This document shows positions 35,385 through 47,865 of a stretch of 64,000 nt of DNA, piece after piece; positions within the stretch are counted from its first letter, which is position 1, and the number at the start of each line of letters is the position of its first letter. Made by a program: the position numbers and the translations under genes. Origin of the DNA: Zootoca vivipara (taxonomy: Eukaryota); NCBI RefSeq assembly GCF_963506605.1, contig NC_083281.1:32612001-32676000 (forward strand), in the 5' to 3' direction. The notes under the pieces are model-generated. The model was not told the origin of the DNA and searched no databases. It was given only the letters and a program-made list of their open reading frames with translations.

Positions 35385-37890
35385 TATGTTTGCACGTTGT
35401 TGGAAAAATTAAACAAAAACATTTCTTTTTTAAAAAAACTTAATTGGGTTAGATGGGGTGGTGGTGATTTCATGTTATTTTGAAAAATCAATGAAATATA
35501 TTTAAAAGACACTTCATTGGGTGTCTAACTTACAAGCTACTTAAAAGGCAGATTCTCCTATGCGAATCTGTCCATTCCCTAAGGTCAATTTATATAACTT
35601 TCTTTTGCGTTCAAGTGATAGCAATGCATGAAGGGGTCTCTTATGTGACAGCAGAACTCATTGCCTCAATAACTTAAAGAGTAAAGATAAACTATTTTTC
35701 CACTGAAGACTTTTCACTTTCAGCAAGCTTTAACTCTGTATTTGATTATGTTAAGTATTATTTATTAGACAGTTTCTTAAGATTTGTCTTATGCTTTTTG
35801 TAGTTGTTACTTATTTTATTGTTTTAATGATGTAATTTAATGTTTTAATTCTATTGGATTTTGTAAGTAATATTGAGCACCTCTCTAAGGAGAAGAGAAG
35901 TAGGATAAAATGTTTAATAGATGTGATGTCAATCAAAGTGCATACGACAAATTGCTAAAAGGAAATCTGCTTATTCTGTGTTTTACAAACAAGTACATAC
36001 CGTAATTTGGAAGAAATGTTTGTGACAATACTGAAAGTACTACATCCATTCTCAAACAGGAAGATTATCCGTGTATAGTTACATATACTCTCCACTGAAC
36101 TATAGCCATTTTAGACTACTGCTTTTTTAATGTTGGTGTGGTGTCGTAGAAGTAATGAAATTCCAGCAGGGCAGATCAAAATGGCAAAATTCAATGCCAC
36201 ATTCAATGTCACATTCATTTATTGCAAGTAAGACTGAAGATCACTTCACCCTGTTACACAGAGCAGCAAACAGAAAACATCAAGCGACAAAGCAACAAAA
36301 ACATAGTATCAAACAATACTTGAATACTGTACAAGGGGTTTAAAACTGTGAACAAGTAAGTTATCTTGCTGATGGTTCGAAAACTATAGGAGTCGTTTTC
36401 CATTACACAATAAGCCACAATTACAGTTCATGAGAGAATTTATCTGACAACTACCTTCCATAACTAAGCCTTTGAAAATGCACTTGCAGTTTGCGGGATA
36501 GGGGGATTTTTCAAATGAGATAAATTCACATGCGACTACAATCAATGATCATCTGCATAATAACTATATATTTTAGCTTATATCTAACAAGAGTCCTATA
36601 GCCATGCTGGTATGTTTTTATCGCATAAAAGTTTAAACTTCATAGCTGAGCACTTTTTAAATAAGACATTTCAACAAGCATGAATGTTGTTTTGAATGAT
36701 TGGATTATCCATGACAAATAGGCACACATGATTTAAAGTTTGACATCATAAGGGATAAAGTTGTCCTCAGCAATGCCAGGTGGCCTACTGGGCACTGCTG
36801 CTCAGATTAGATAGTGAACTTCTATCGTCCAATATCACTAAGCACTCCTCAAGCTGTTCATACAGAAAACCTAACTATTTACAACCCACCACAATAGTCA
36901 TTTCTGGGTGCATAACTCCATCAGATCAACAGGGATTTGGTAGAAAGCATGCTGTGCGAAGTTTGGCTACATACAATCCTCCGGACTGGGAAAATGATTA
37001 AACTGAGATTGAAGTGTAAAGCAGTAGCCACGTCACCAAGAACTGACGTGACAGCTCAGCCCTTGTGCACATTGCCCCAATGTCTATTTTCAGCCATTCA
37101 AAATTTAGTGTACATTATAAATTATTTGAAGTTTTCAAGCATCTTCATCCATCAGTCTCAACCCCCAAAATCTACTATCAGTCACCTCAGCCTGCTTAGT
37201 AGTTAGATCAGTCAAAGATTGAATGTAGAAAATCTAGTGCCTTAGCAAGAAAACCAACACTTCATGACCCCATTGGTTTACTCAATGAAGCAGTAAAACA
37301 CAGCATCATATAACTAATAGGTTATATGATACCGGAAGCCACATATAAATTGCTTGACTTTGTATAGTCCAGGCCTCTTTGAGATTGATAAAATCAATAA
37401 GTCTGCAACAAATAAATATGAAATTCAAGGCCCAATATATTTCGACTGTTTACAAAAGGCAATGAATGCACTGCTTCAACGCATTCAGCAGCTGGAATTC
37501 TCTTATTAACACAGGATTACATCATTAAACAAAACTCTGACAGCTGGTACAACTGATAAAGCTGCCAGTGGACTCAAGGTATTGCTAAAACCCTGAATAC
37601 TAGATTCCTAGGAGAATTTTTTTTTTGAAAAACCTTTTCTCCACACACCTTTATTTTACGACTTGATACTGCAATATTTCATCACAGTAGATATACATTT
37701 GTAATATGAAGCCTTTACTACCAGCTTATACTGAAAACTTGAAGTGCAAAATATATCACAGACTACAGATACATTAAGTTAGTCGGAGATCTCACATATG
37801 CAATTCTTATTACAGCATTCTGTAATATTAATTTTAATGCCATCCATGTTTACTATTTCCAGAACAGCAACTGTGTTAAGTCTATTGCAG

Positions 37891-37976
37891 CAAAAACAAC
37901 AAAGATTCCTGTGGCGTCTTAAAGAAACATACTGCAATATAAGCTTTTGTGGGCCAATACCCACTTCACCATATGC
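37891..37976 (-). mobile_element. Old Penelope-like terminus with decayed hammerhead motif
   Basis: aacaaagattcctgtggcgtcttaaaga...aagcttttgtgggccaatacccacttcaccatatgc; stem II GUGGG/CCCAC is kept but the core boxes are mutated. Confidence 0.55.
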
Positions 37977-39539
37977 TAAGTATACATCCATGTGCTGCTT
38001 GCTATATGGATGTACTGTACTTAAAACTGCTGCATCAAATTGTGAACGAACATTTACTTGAAGCTTTTTAAAAATGTGCTTTGAGTATGTGCAGCCACAA
38101 CTGGCCACATTGGCAGGTAGGGGCAGGAAGCTGTCATGTAGTTAAGTCTAGTGAGCTCTCTTAGCCACCTTTAAGGCGAAGGGTGCAGCCCTGTGACTTA
38201 CTTTCAGGTCTATGGGACGCACTGGCAGGGTAAGGAGCACCTGCAAGGCCAACCTGCAACATTCAGCCCTAGTTGTGAGGGCCAGGAGGAGGTGAAGCAG
38301 TAAGGCCTCCTTACTTATCTCAAGGGGTGCAGCTTAAGCAAAATGGGTAGACAAAATGCTACCTCTTGCCCTGGACAGGGTTGGTTCACCCATTTTATGT
38401 GCTGTTAGTATCCCACACTCTTTGTTTCCTTCTGCAGACGTTTGGTGTTAAATGAATGAAATGTGACACAGTTCAACAAACATTTGTGTCTTGTCTCCTT
38501 ATTTCCCTGTATGGTCACAATTTGTTGCCCTAAGTTGCTACAATTTCAAAGTTGGGGTAAATATCACAATCTCATCTAAGAAAGACCCACCCATCCTATT
38601 TCCCATTGTTGAAAAAACAGGAACTAAACACATTACCCATCAAATATTGCATCCAATTCAAATAAAACTATCCCAAAGATTTCCCATAACCTTTATTTTA
38701 AATGTGAGAGGTAAAAATCATTGGGTGTTCATGAACAGTTTAGCTTTACAGTATATCACTTTGAAATGTCAAAACTATTTCTCCTACCTCACAATACTGT
38801 ATTCTTTCATGTTCACAGGAGCAAAAGCAAAGTCAGAAAAAATATTCTGAACTGTATTTGGGAAGACATGTATGAATGCAATCAAAACAAAACAAACATG
38901 ATGAAGATCGAATCCTGCCTATAATTATAAAATACACAAGATGTGTTCTCAACTAACTGTATGTATTGTTTTTAAGGCAGTGACAACGTTCTCTGTAAGC
39001 AGGGAACACATGTGAACAGCATCTGCTAGCAACAACTGACTGCTCGGACTCCATCTCAATGTTGCAAGCCATCCCCCTCTACCTGAGCTGCTTTGTTTCT
39101 CTCCCCTCCCCCTCCCTCCAACGCTTATACAACTGCGGAAGAAGGTCCTCTCTAATCCCCACACCCCGTTCAGACTCCAACCTGTCACTGCCATATCCTT
39201 CTGCCCACCATCATCCTCCCCCTTTCCTGTCATTATAACGATAAAAAATACAAAAAAATACAGAAGGTTAAAATGGGAAAAGGGAAGAGGGAAGAGAGAT
39301 TTTAATTTAGCGCATCTATATTTCTCTCTCTCCGCCCACCCTGCAAGCAAATCTCCAGGAGGAGGAGGAGGGAGAGCAGGACACTAAATGGATGCCATCT
39401 CCCCGATGCTAACCCGCCATCTCTCCATTTAATTCCTTCCTCTCCCCGCCCCTCACAAGCCTTCCCCACCAACAATCCAAGGCGATCTCCTTAGGGAGTC
39501 ACACAGCCTACCCATCCCATAATTCTCCCCATCCCCTGG

Positions 39540-40830
39540 CAGGGATGATGCGAGGCATAAACACAAGCGCGCGCCCGAGCACACAAGCGCGCGCACAGAC
39601 ACAACACACACGCACACGGTTTTCAAGAGGCGCCGCTAGCGCTAAACGTGGTTTTTATTCAGCGCCAGGCAGGGATCCAGCCGAGAGAGAGAGAGAGACC
39701 ACCCCCTTCCCTTCCTTTCCCTTCCCTGCGCCACATCCCGATGCCCCCCCGCTTGGCGCAGCGCAGGAAGCTCCCGATGCGCCTCAGAGCCGCGCGCCGA
39801 CGCTGCTACTACCCTTTCCCCCACCATGAGGCTAGTCTGAGGCAAAGGACGGCACCTTAAAATGCGACCCAATTCCCGTGGGCCATAGAGCTCTCCCCCC
39901 TGAGCCTCCCCCAGCCCCCGTGCTGCTGCTGCCGCCGCCGCTGCCACTCGCCACCCCGCGCATTCCCCTCAGCGCTCGCCAACCGTCTCCCTCCACACAA
40001 ACAAAATACACGCGTCCCTCTCTGAGGCAAAAGCGGAAAAAAACAACGGCCGGGAGGCGTGCGCGCGCGCTATGGAATCTCTCCCCCCGGCCCCCACTCC
40101 GCTGTTCTCCCCTTACCCCGCCGCTTATGGTCGCCTCACTTGCCTGCCTTCTTCCCCAGCGGCTGATGCTGGGCGCTGATAGTGGTTGTCGAAGGTGCCC
40201 AACGAAGGAGGAGAAAAGGAGGCGGGGGGAAAGAGGGGCCCCAGGTCTCTCTCTCTCCTACAACCACCTCCCGCTCCCCCGCCCCATAACATAGTAGTAA
40301 GTTTCTATTGGCCGGGAGGGGAAGGCGGAGCCGCTTTGCTGCTCAGCCATTGGGGGAAGGAAGGGGAGAAGAGAGAGAGTGTGTGCGTGTGGTTATTAAA
40401 GAAGGGGGGAGAGAAATGGGGGCAGCGAGCTCGCCTGTCTGCCTGCCCGCGCGGCACGCGAAGGGGAGGAGGGTTTATTTGAGGAGGGGGGTGGGGGGAG
40501 TAGTGGAAACGGAGGGTATAAAGGCGCGCGCACCAGATGGAGCGAGGTGGAGAGAAAGGTTGCGCGCGCACAAAACTGAGGGGTGCTTCTGTTGAGGTGG
40601 CTCGCCACCAAAAAGTGGGGGGGGGGAGAAAGAACCCGAACGAGACCAACGGCCATCTGGGTCAGTGTGAAGGGATGGTGCGTGCGCGCGCCCGCCTCCT
40701 CCTCTCTGTCCACCTCCCCACATAAAGAGAAGGGGGGATGCGCGCGCTAATAAATATTTCTTTCTTTAAATGATTTTTTTTTTTTTGCCACACGCACACA
40801 ACACCCCTCCTCTTACCAAGGGGTGCGCAG
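39540..40830 (-). promoter_or_regulatory. CpG island: probable EPB41 promoter and non-coding first exon(s)
   Basis: The only extended non-repeat CpG/GC-rich tract in the window, 25 kb upstream of exon 2. It has a GC box (ccccgcccc ~40277), ATTGG/CCAAT (~40307), several GCGCGC runs (NRF1-like TGCGCGCGCA 40561-40570) and minus-strand donor-like sites at 40116 (GGG|gtaagg), 40139 (CAA|gtgagg) and 40143 (CAG|gcaagt). Confidence 0.8.
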
Positions 40831-41537
40831 GTTTCATAAGCAAAACGGCATCACACCGAAAATGTAATACGTTTTAGGAACCACAGTACACAAAGTTGTG
40901 TGTGTGTGTGTACACAGTACCAGCTAGCCCCCCACCCCCATTTGGATCGAAGCTGGCTGGAGAGAGGGGGTAGAGCATTTGATAAGGAGGAGTATATGGT
41001 CGCCTGTACACCTCTTCCAAAAACCATCAGGAGCAAGCACTGGTCAATGGGAACTAGAGTACCGCTGCTGGAACAGGCCAAGGAGCCCATCTGGTCCAGC
41101 ATCCAGTTGTCAAGAGCCAGTGGCAACCGGATGCCTCCAAGGGATCAGCACACCTTCCCCATTGTTTGTGCCTGGCACCTGGCATTCGCAGGAATAGCAG
41201 CTGTAGAAGGAAGAGAGGACAGAGGGCGAAGGAAGAGCTGTGTGGAGTGGGGGCCTTTTCCCATCCTCTGGACCACTCGCCACCCAGGGGGCGGGGAACT
41301 CAACAAACCTGCTGCACTTGGAACTGGGTGCAGAGTGTGTGGCTGAATTGGACACAGCTGGAAGTACCATCCGCCTTGGGCCTGGCCATATAAAGCAAGT
41401 CTAGTGTGAGAGACTGGGTAATGTCCGCTGTTTCCAGGAACACTTCTCAGTATGAGACTTTTGTGGGTAAGCTGAGAGTTTGCTGGGACCCTGAGTGAGG
41501 CTGAGAGGGAGAGTGTGTCCAAAGTAAAATTAATTTA

Positions 41538-41725
41538 CAGTCATACTTCGGTTTAAGCACACTTCGGTTTGAATACTTTCAATTAAAGTACTCCGCAGAC
41601 CCGTCTGGAATGGATTAATCCACTTTCCATTACTTTCAATGGGAAAGTTTGCTTCACGTTAAGTACGCTTCACGTTAAGTACAGACTTCTGGAACCAATT
41701 GTGTACTCAAACCGAGGTACCACTG
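41538..41725. mobile_element. Tc1/mariner-superfamily MITE, single-module relative of the 20138 family
   Basis: ta|cagtcatacttcggttt ... aaaccgaggtaccactg|ta; shares the ccgtctggaatggattaatccactttccattactttcaatggg module. Confidence 0.85.
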
Positions 41726-42829
41726 TATATTGATTTATATATATTAGTATTTTTTGTAATAATGTAACATTGTAACTCTGTATTTGTTTTTTTTTTATTT
41801 AAGGTGTATGTTGTTGCCTCAGCTCGGATATATTTTTTATGTATTAAGCAGTATAGAAATAAAATAATCAATTGGTTTGCCTGCAGGCTCCAACTGATAA
41901 AAACTAGCATTATTCCTACACACAGACACACTTTAAGCAAACAAAAACTCCCATGCTACTTATTTTGGTTCTCTAAAGTATAGCTCTATAATAACTTCAT
42001 ACGAAAAGCAAAAGCACTTCTTTTTCGTTCATGTGCATAATCAATAACATGTTTTGCAACATAATCCTGCTTCTGAGTCTTGATTTTGCTTCACAAAAAC
42101 AGAATAAAATGCTTGTATTTGTGGTGAAGGGCAGACTCCAAGACATTTTTGGTTCCTGAGACTAAAAAGCAAATGGCACCCCCACCCCCAAAATGCACAG
42201 TACCCAAAACTGATCATACTGTTTTGGCACCAGAGGCAAAAAAAAAGTCCACAAGTGTTTCTCCATGGGACTAAAAATGCAAGCATTTTTTTACAGTGCT
42301 CCTTAAATAGCCAACCATTTTATGTTATTGCATCCAAAATCAGCTGCCTGAGGAAACAAATTTCCTCTGCTGAATGTTAGGGGTTTCCTGGGGAGGGGAA
42401 ATGCAGCCTTTAGCTTCCCCTTAGCCTTCTCCTGCTCCTCCCCCATCTACCTCTTGCTGCTATCTCTATGTCCTAATTACTCAGCATCCTCACCAATCAT
42501 CACCATGAAGCTAGAACACAGGTGGCTGGTACCCATAAGTCTGATAGAGCAGCCTACCAAAGATAGAGCCAATGACAGCAACAGGCTACAGGAGGGCTAG
42601 TTTGCCACTTCCCTGACCATCACTGGAGCCGTTTTTACACCCCTCCTGAATCCTGCACCAACTTCTCACCCTTACTTTCAAACCCCTACATGGCTTTGCT
42701 CTTATGATCTGACCAATTCTTCCCTGTTCTCCTTGCTCATCCACCTCCAGCACCCCCAGCCCCCTAAAGGTTTTCTTCCCCCTAAAACAACCCTGCGTTT
42801 TCTTCCATCATTATTATTATCAACAACAA

Positions 42830-43690
42830 CATATTAATTGCCTTCTACACAATCATCTCAAGGCAATGTACAATGAAATCAGAAAAAAAGCCGATACATT
42901 TAAAACAAAACTAAAACAATACAAAACAAACACTCATGGGAAAGACCCATTTATACAGCTGGGAAAGCTAGTCGGAACAAAAGTGTCTTAAATTGGTTCT
43001 GGAAAGTGCAGGTAGAGGGGCCTGTCATTTCTCGATAGGAACCGGGGCAAGCCATAGAGTTACTGCAGAGCTGGTGTTTGAGATCTTTGGAACTTGCAGG
43101 ATAATCTTCCCCACAGACCCCAGGGATCTAGCGGACATAAAAAGAGCAAGGCGTTCTCTCATGTAACTTGGTCCTGAATTATCGAGGGCATTGATATGTT
43201 AGTTACCAACACAATGACCTTGGCCTGGTAGCAGATTGGCAATCAGTGCAAATCCTGATAGTAAGGTGTTATATGTGGGTGATAATTTGCCTCCACAAGC
43301 AACCTAACCACCACATTCTGCACCAGCCACAGCCTCCAGACTATGGGTAGGCAAACTAAGGCCCAGGGGCCAGATCCGGCCCAATTGCCTTCTAAATCCA
43401 GCCAGCGGACAGTCCGGGAATCAACGTGTTTTTACATGAGTAGAATGTGTGCTTTTATTTAAAATGCATCTCTGGGTTATTTGTGGGGCATAGGAATGCG
43501 TTCACAACCCCCCCCCAAAAAAAAAGTCCGCCCCCCCCCACAAGGTCTGAGGGACAGTGGACCGGCCCTTTGCTGAAAAGGTTTGCTGACCCCTGCTCCA
43601 GATGAACCCCAAAGGTAGCCTCTAAACAGCACACTGCAGTTACCCAATCATGCCATTACCAATGCATGGGCAACAGTGGTCAAGCTTCCC
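42830..43690 (-). mobile_element. L2 LINE 3' fragment, interrupted by the hAT MITE at 43342
   Basis: Degenerate L2-type 3' motifs (ccacattctgcaccagc, aaaggtagcc...actgcagt) continue across the MITE. Confidence 0.55.
43342..43595. mobile_element. hAT MITE, same family, nested in an L2 fragment
   Basis: Homologous to 19075-19344; TSD ctccagac/ctccagat. Confidence 0.88.
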
Positions 43691-45502
43691 CAAGCCAGGA
43701 ACTTGATGTCCTTATACATGGAACTGTTCCCCATGGTGTGATCACCACTCTTACTTTCCCCAAATTCCTCTGCCAAATACACCTTTTTCCAGGAAGCCTT
43801 TTGATCAATGCATTAACCTCTTGTGACTAAGCTAAAGTACTTATAATCACAATTATCACACATCTGCCCCCTGTTTACCCTTACCTCCATTTTTCTCCCT
43901 TTATCTTTTCCCTGTGTCTATTTTTAGATGTGTTTACTTATTTTTAGTATTTTTACCCTGCTCCTTGGCTGAAGAAGGCTCCCAGAGTGGCTTAGAAAAA
44001 TCATTAAAATAAGATAGTCTCTGCCCTCAGGCACACAATCTAAAAGGCACAACACAAAAGAAAGAGGCTGGGACAAGATGGGGGAAATAAACCCTTTGGG
44101 TAGAAACCTGTCAACGATGTACATTGTAAAAGCACCAGATGCATTATATAAATTATAACGCTAATTTGTGAGAGCTAAAGGCAGGGTCAAACTTTCTTTT
44201 TCCAGATCAACTCCTACCCCCAAACACGTTGGAGAGGGCCACAGCTGCCAGAGATTGAGATAAAGGATACTTCTTCCCTAAAGTGTTTGTGACTGGCAGG
44301 GATTATGACTACTTACGCATCAACAAAGAATACACAGATTTGCATAAACGTTGCATGTGCTGATTTGTATGCATAGGAGCAAATTTAGAGGTACACCTCA
44401 CCACTGTAGGAAAGACTGTGACCAGGTGACCAGGGTGTCTACAGGCAATCTGCGATTTGTGCAGAGGTTGCACATAAGACCGCTCCGCCCCATTACCCCC
44501 CATTCTGCCCCCTTTTCCTGACACTTCTGGGTCGCCACAATCTGTGCAGGGAGAGCCATGCACCAATTGGACTGGTGTAAATCGGCTGTTGCCTGTACCA
44601 TCTGTTGTTCACATGCTGCCATTGATGGGCAACTTCAAGACCGATGTTCTCCCTTCTTATGATACTTTAAACCAACTTGGGCAGACAGCCTTTCAGATAG
44701 AGTACTGTCCTCTGTGAAGTCAGGCCTTTGCCACCTTAGTGGCAATGGGGGAACAGGTACTGCTTCCGAGTAGTGGTGCTACCTTGTACTGCCTCCCTTT
44801 GCTCATCTCAGAGACTTCTCAGAGGCATACCACTATGGAAACAGAAGCGGTCTAAATGGAGATGGGCCTTTCTAATCCAACAAGACTCCTCTGACAGAAA
44901 CTTGACAGGTGACTGCCTCGGCATTTATTTATTGTAAGAGGAGGAGATACCTCCTGGACGTTTATTTGTAAGCTCCTTGAGGCAAGGACCTATCTTTTTC
45001 TACAAAGCCATGCACATTGATACCACCACTAATAGCAAGTAACAAAATCCGGAAGTATTGTCCCCATACCATATCTTTTAATAAATAAATAAAATTAAAA
45101 ATTGTCACAAGTTTTTAATTTGTTTATTTTGACTGTATCAGACCAACATGGTCTGAATCATAACTTTTAAGTTCGTCTTGCGCATATTTTTAAAACCTAA
45201 CCCCTGAAGGAAACACCAAATTGCTCAACTCAGATCTGAAGAAGGAACTCGTAAGAAGAAGGAGCCTTTGAATGAGGAACAGTTCCTACCAAATCTTTGT
45301 TTTGAATGAAAGCATATATCCAGGGCAGAATCCTGACAAGTGAAGACCAGGGCAAGTGCTTAACAATTTGGGATTGTTCCTTATGTACACCTTATTTCCG
45401 CCTTATTTCAAACTACTACAGTACCAGAATGTGAAGCAATTCTGCTACATCTGTTCGGTGGAGAAAAGTGAGATACAACATCTTCAAACCCTTATTTCCG
45501 AA

Positions 45503-45667
45503 GAGACACAGGTGGTGCTGTGGGTTAAACCACAGAGCCTAGGGCTTGCCAATCAGAAGGTCGGCGGTTTGAATCCCCGCGATGGGGTGAGCTCCCGTTG
45601 CTTGGTCCCTGCTCCTGCCCACCTAGCAGTTTGAAAGCACGTCAAACTGCTTTGAAAGCACGTCAAA
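45503..45667 (+). mobile_element. Sauria SINE, 3'-truncated
   Basis: 5' half only; ends in a tandem duplication of tttgaaagcacgtcaaa. Confidence 0.85.
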
Positions 45668-47492
45668 TTACTTAGGAATCCACCTTCATGAGGCTTTTCC
45701 CTGAAAGGTGGCCCAGAAATACTTTTAAATAAATGAATACTATAGAGAAAGATTTCCCACTTCTCTCCAAAATCCTTACATACCTAATCATGCTAAGACT
45801 GGCAATATCTTCTCACAACCAAGATAAATTAAATTTGAATATATTATCTATTACAAGGATAATCTACTGGATTATCAATTGGAGTACAATTCTGTCCCCT
45901 GGTACTATTTGTCATTCAAGACCAGGGATGGATGTTTCACTTTGGTCAAACAATATTTCCTAAACTTTACAGTAAGATTACAGACATTGCTCTTCTATTT
46001 AATTTTTAGTAACATTTATCTTCAGTATCATAAAGGAAAACATAAGTTGGTGCCCTGGAAACAAGCATAGCAGTTAACACAAGATGTTGTAAATTTCATA
46101 GTTCTTCAGCAAACTATGATTTTTAGTCTGAGCGGATTAGTTGCATACAGGCTAAGGTGGATTAGTTGCATTTCTGCTTGCTTCATTTATATATGCTTTT
46201 TTATACTGCCATCTCCTATAATATCAGGGCACTTATACAGTGTTTTGAGAACATTGTATATGTCTTTGTGCTTGGAACAATAATTTTAATAAGAGGAACC
46301 AAAAGCTTCATTAGCTATTGGCAATGGCCTTGTCTGAAATGCTTTGATTGCGGTCAACTCACTCAACCCTTGAGCTCATTGGAGGAAGGAAGGTGATATA
46401 TAAAATGTAATAAAATAAACAAACAATTCCCTTCACAGCTAAATCCAGTATCTATCTTTTAGGGCTGCTTCTCAATTTCTGTTGATAGCAGGTATATATT
46501 ACAGACTGCTTAAAAGTACTGCCAAATGAAGCAGTCTCTTACAGAGCTTTTAGTCCTACACACACTTGGATTAAAAGCCCGAGCTATGAATTAGGAAGTC
46601 TTCATTTAGAAATGAGATAGACATAAGGTTTGGCTTACTTAGTGTGTCATCTGAATCCTGGATCATGGCTAACCTATTTCCTACTTAACCAAGTAGGCTT
46701 ATAGCCAAGAACAAACCTGCTGAGCTAAAAGGACCAGAGAGGAGCAAAGTGGCTGTGATGTCTTCCCTGGGAAGACAGCATTTTTGTGCTAAGTCATAGT
46801 CTGGTATAGTGTTACATGCAAATGTGGCTGGTAGAGATATTGGGCCAGACAAATGTATTTATTCAGTTGCATATTTATCCCACCTTACCTCCCAGTAAGT
46901 TGATCAGAGAGATAGTCTGGGCTTGAGAGAGTGTTTGGTAGCCCAAGAACTTCAAGGAACTGAGCTTAATGGATTTGAACCCAGGTTTTCTGAATCATAA
47001 CTAGACTACTCTAACCATTACAGCATACTATACTATATTGTGGCAACATCAGCACACTGATGATTTTTCGGGGAAGAGTCACTGAAGAACACACAAAGAC
47101 GTTTTTAAGAAGAACATTAACCCACTAACTATTATCTGATGGATAATATGAATTTCTCTTCTACCTTAAAGCACATTTGTTGCTTGGTCTTTTCTTACAC
47201 ATGGGGAAAATATCCCCGCTAAATTAAGAGTTACAGTTAACTTACCTGAGTAGATTTTACATACCTGTGCTTGTGGGCATGCTGCTTAAGTAAGAGGTGT
47301 TCAGGTGCTGGTGTAAATGTCAGTGAAGAGGAGAGGAAGGACTGGACGCTGCTTTTCTACGCTGTCCTAAAATGTTAGGCACAAGGCCACAGTGCAGTAT
47401 GACTTGGCAGGCAAGTTCTGGAATGAACTGTCTCTGGCATTAGATCTACCCTTTTGTTTTAAGGGAATGAACTTCTTTAAGGTGCCATCACA

Positions 47493-47865
47493 AAAGGTAA
47501 AGGTAAAGGTAAAGGGGCCCCTGACCATCAGGTCCAGTCGTGTCCGACTCTGGGGTTGCGGCGCTCATCTCGCTCTATAGGCCGAGGGAGCCGGCATTTG
47601 TCCACAGACAGCTTCCGGGTCATGTGGCCAGCATGACAAAGCTGCTTCTGGCGAACCAGAGCAGTGCACGGAAACGCCATTTACCTTCCCACCAGAGCAG
47701 TCACTATTTATGTACTTGCACTTTGATGTGCTTTCGAACTGCTAGGTGGGCAGGAGGAGGTATCGAGCAACAGGAGCTCACCCCGTTGCAGGGATTCGAA
47801 CCACCGACCTTCTGATCAGCAAGTCCTAGACTCTGTGATTTAACCCACAGCGCCACCTGGGTCCC
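47493..47865 (-). mobile_element. Sauria SINE, full length
   Basis: (AAAGGT)n tail on the plus strand; homologous to the other copies. Confidence 0.92.

Noticed and set aside
39545-40725. Many overlapping ORFs (Pro/Arg/Ala-rich) in the CpG island
   Set aside because: Expected from high GC and few stop codons; no recognisable protein
44728-44746. Palindromic ttgccaccttagtggcaa as a CTCF site
   Set aside because: It has an extra base in the core relative to the consensus; more likely chance or a repeat remnant
47392-47815. Recurring similar ORFs (QLPGHVASMTK..., GFEPPTF) at 27.0, 47.5 and 52.9 kb suggesting a gene family
   Set aside because: They are translations of the same SINE
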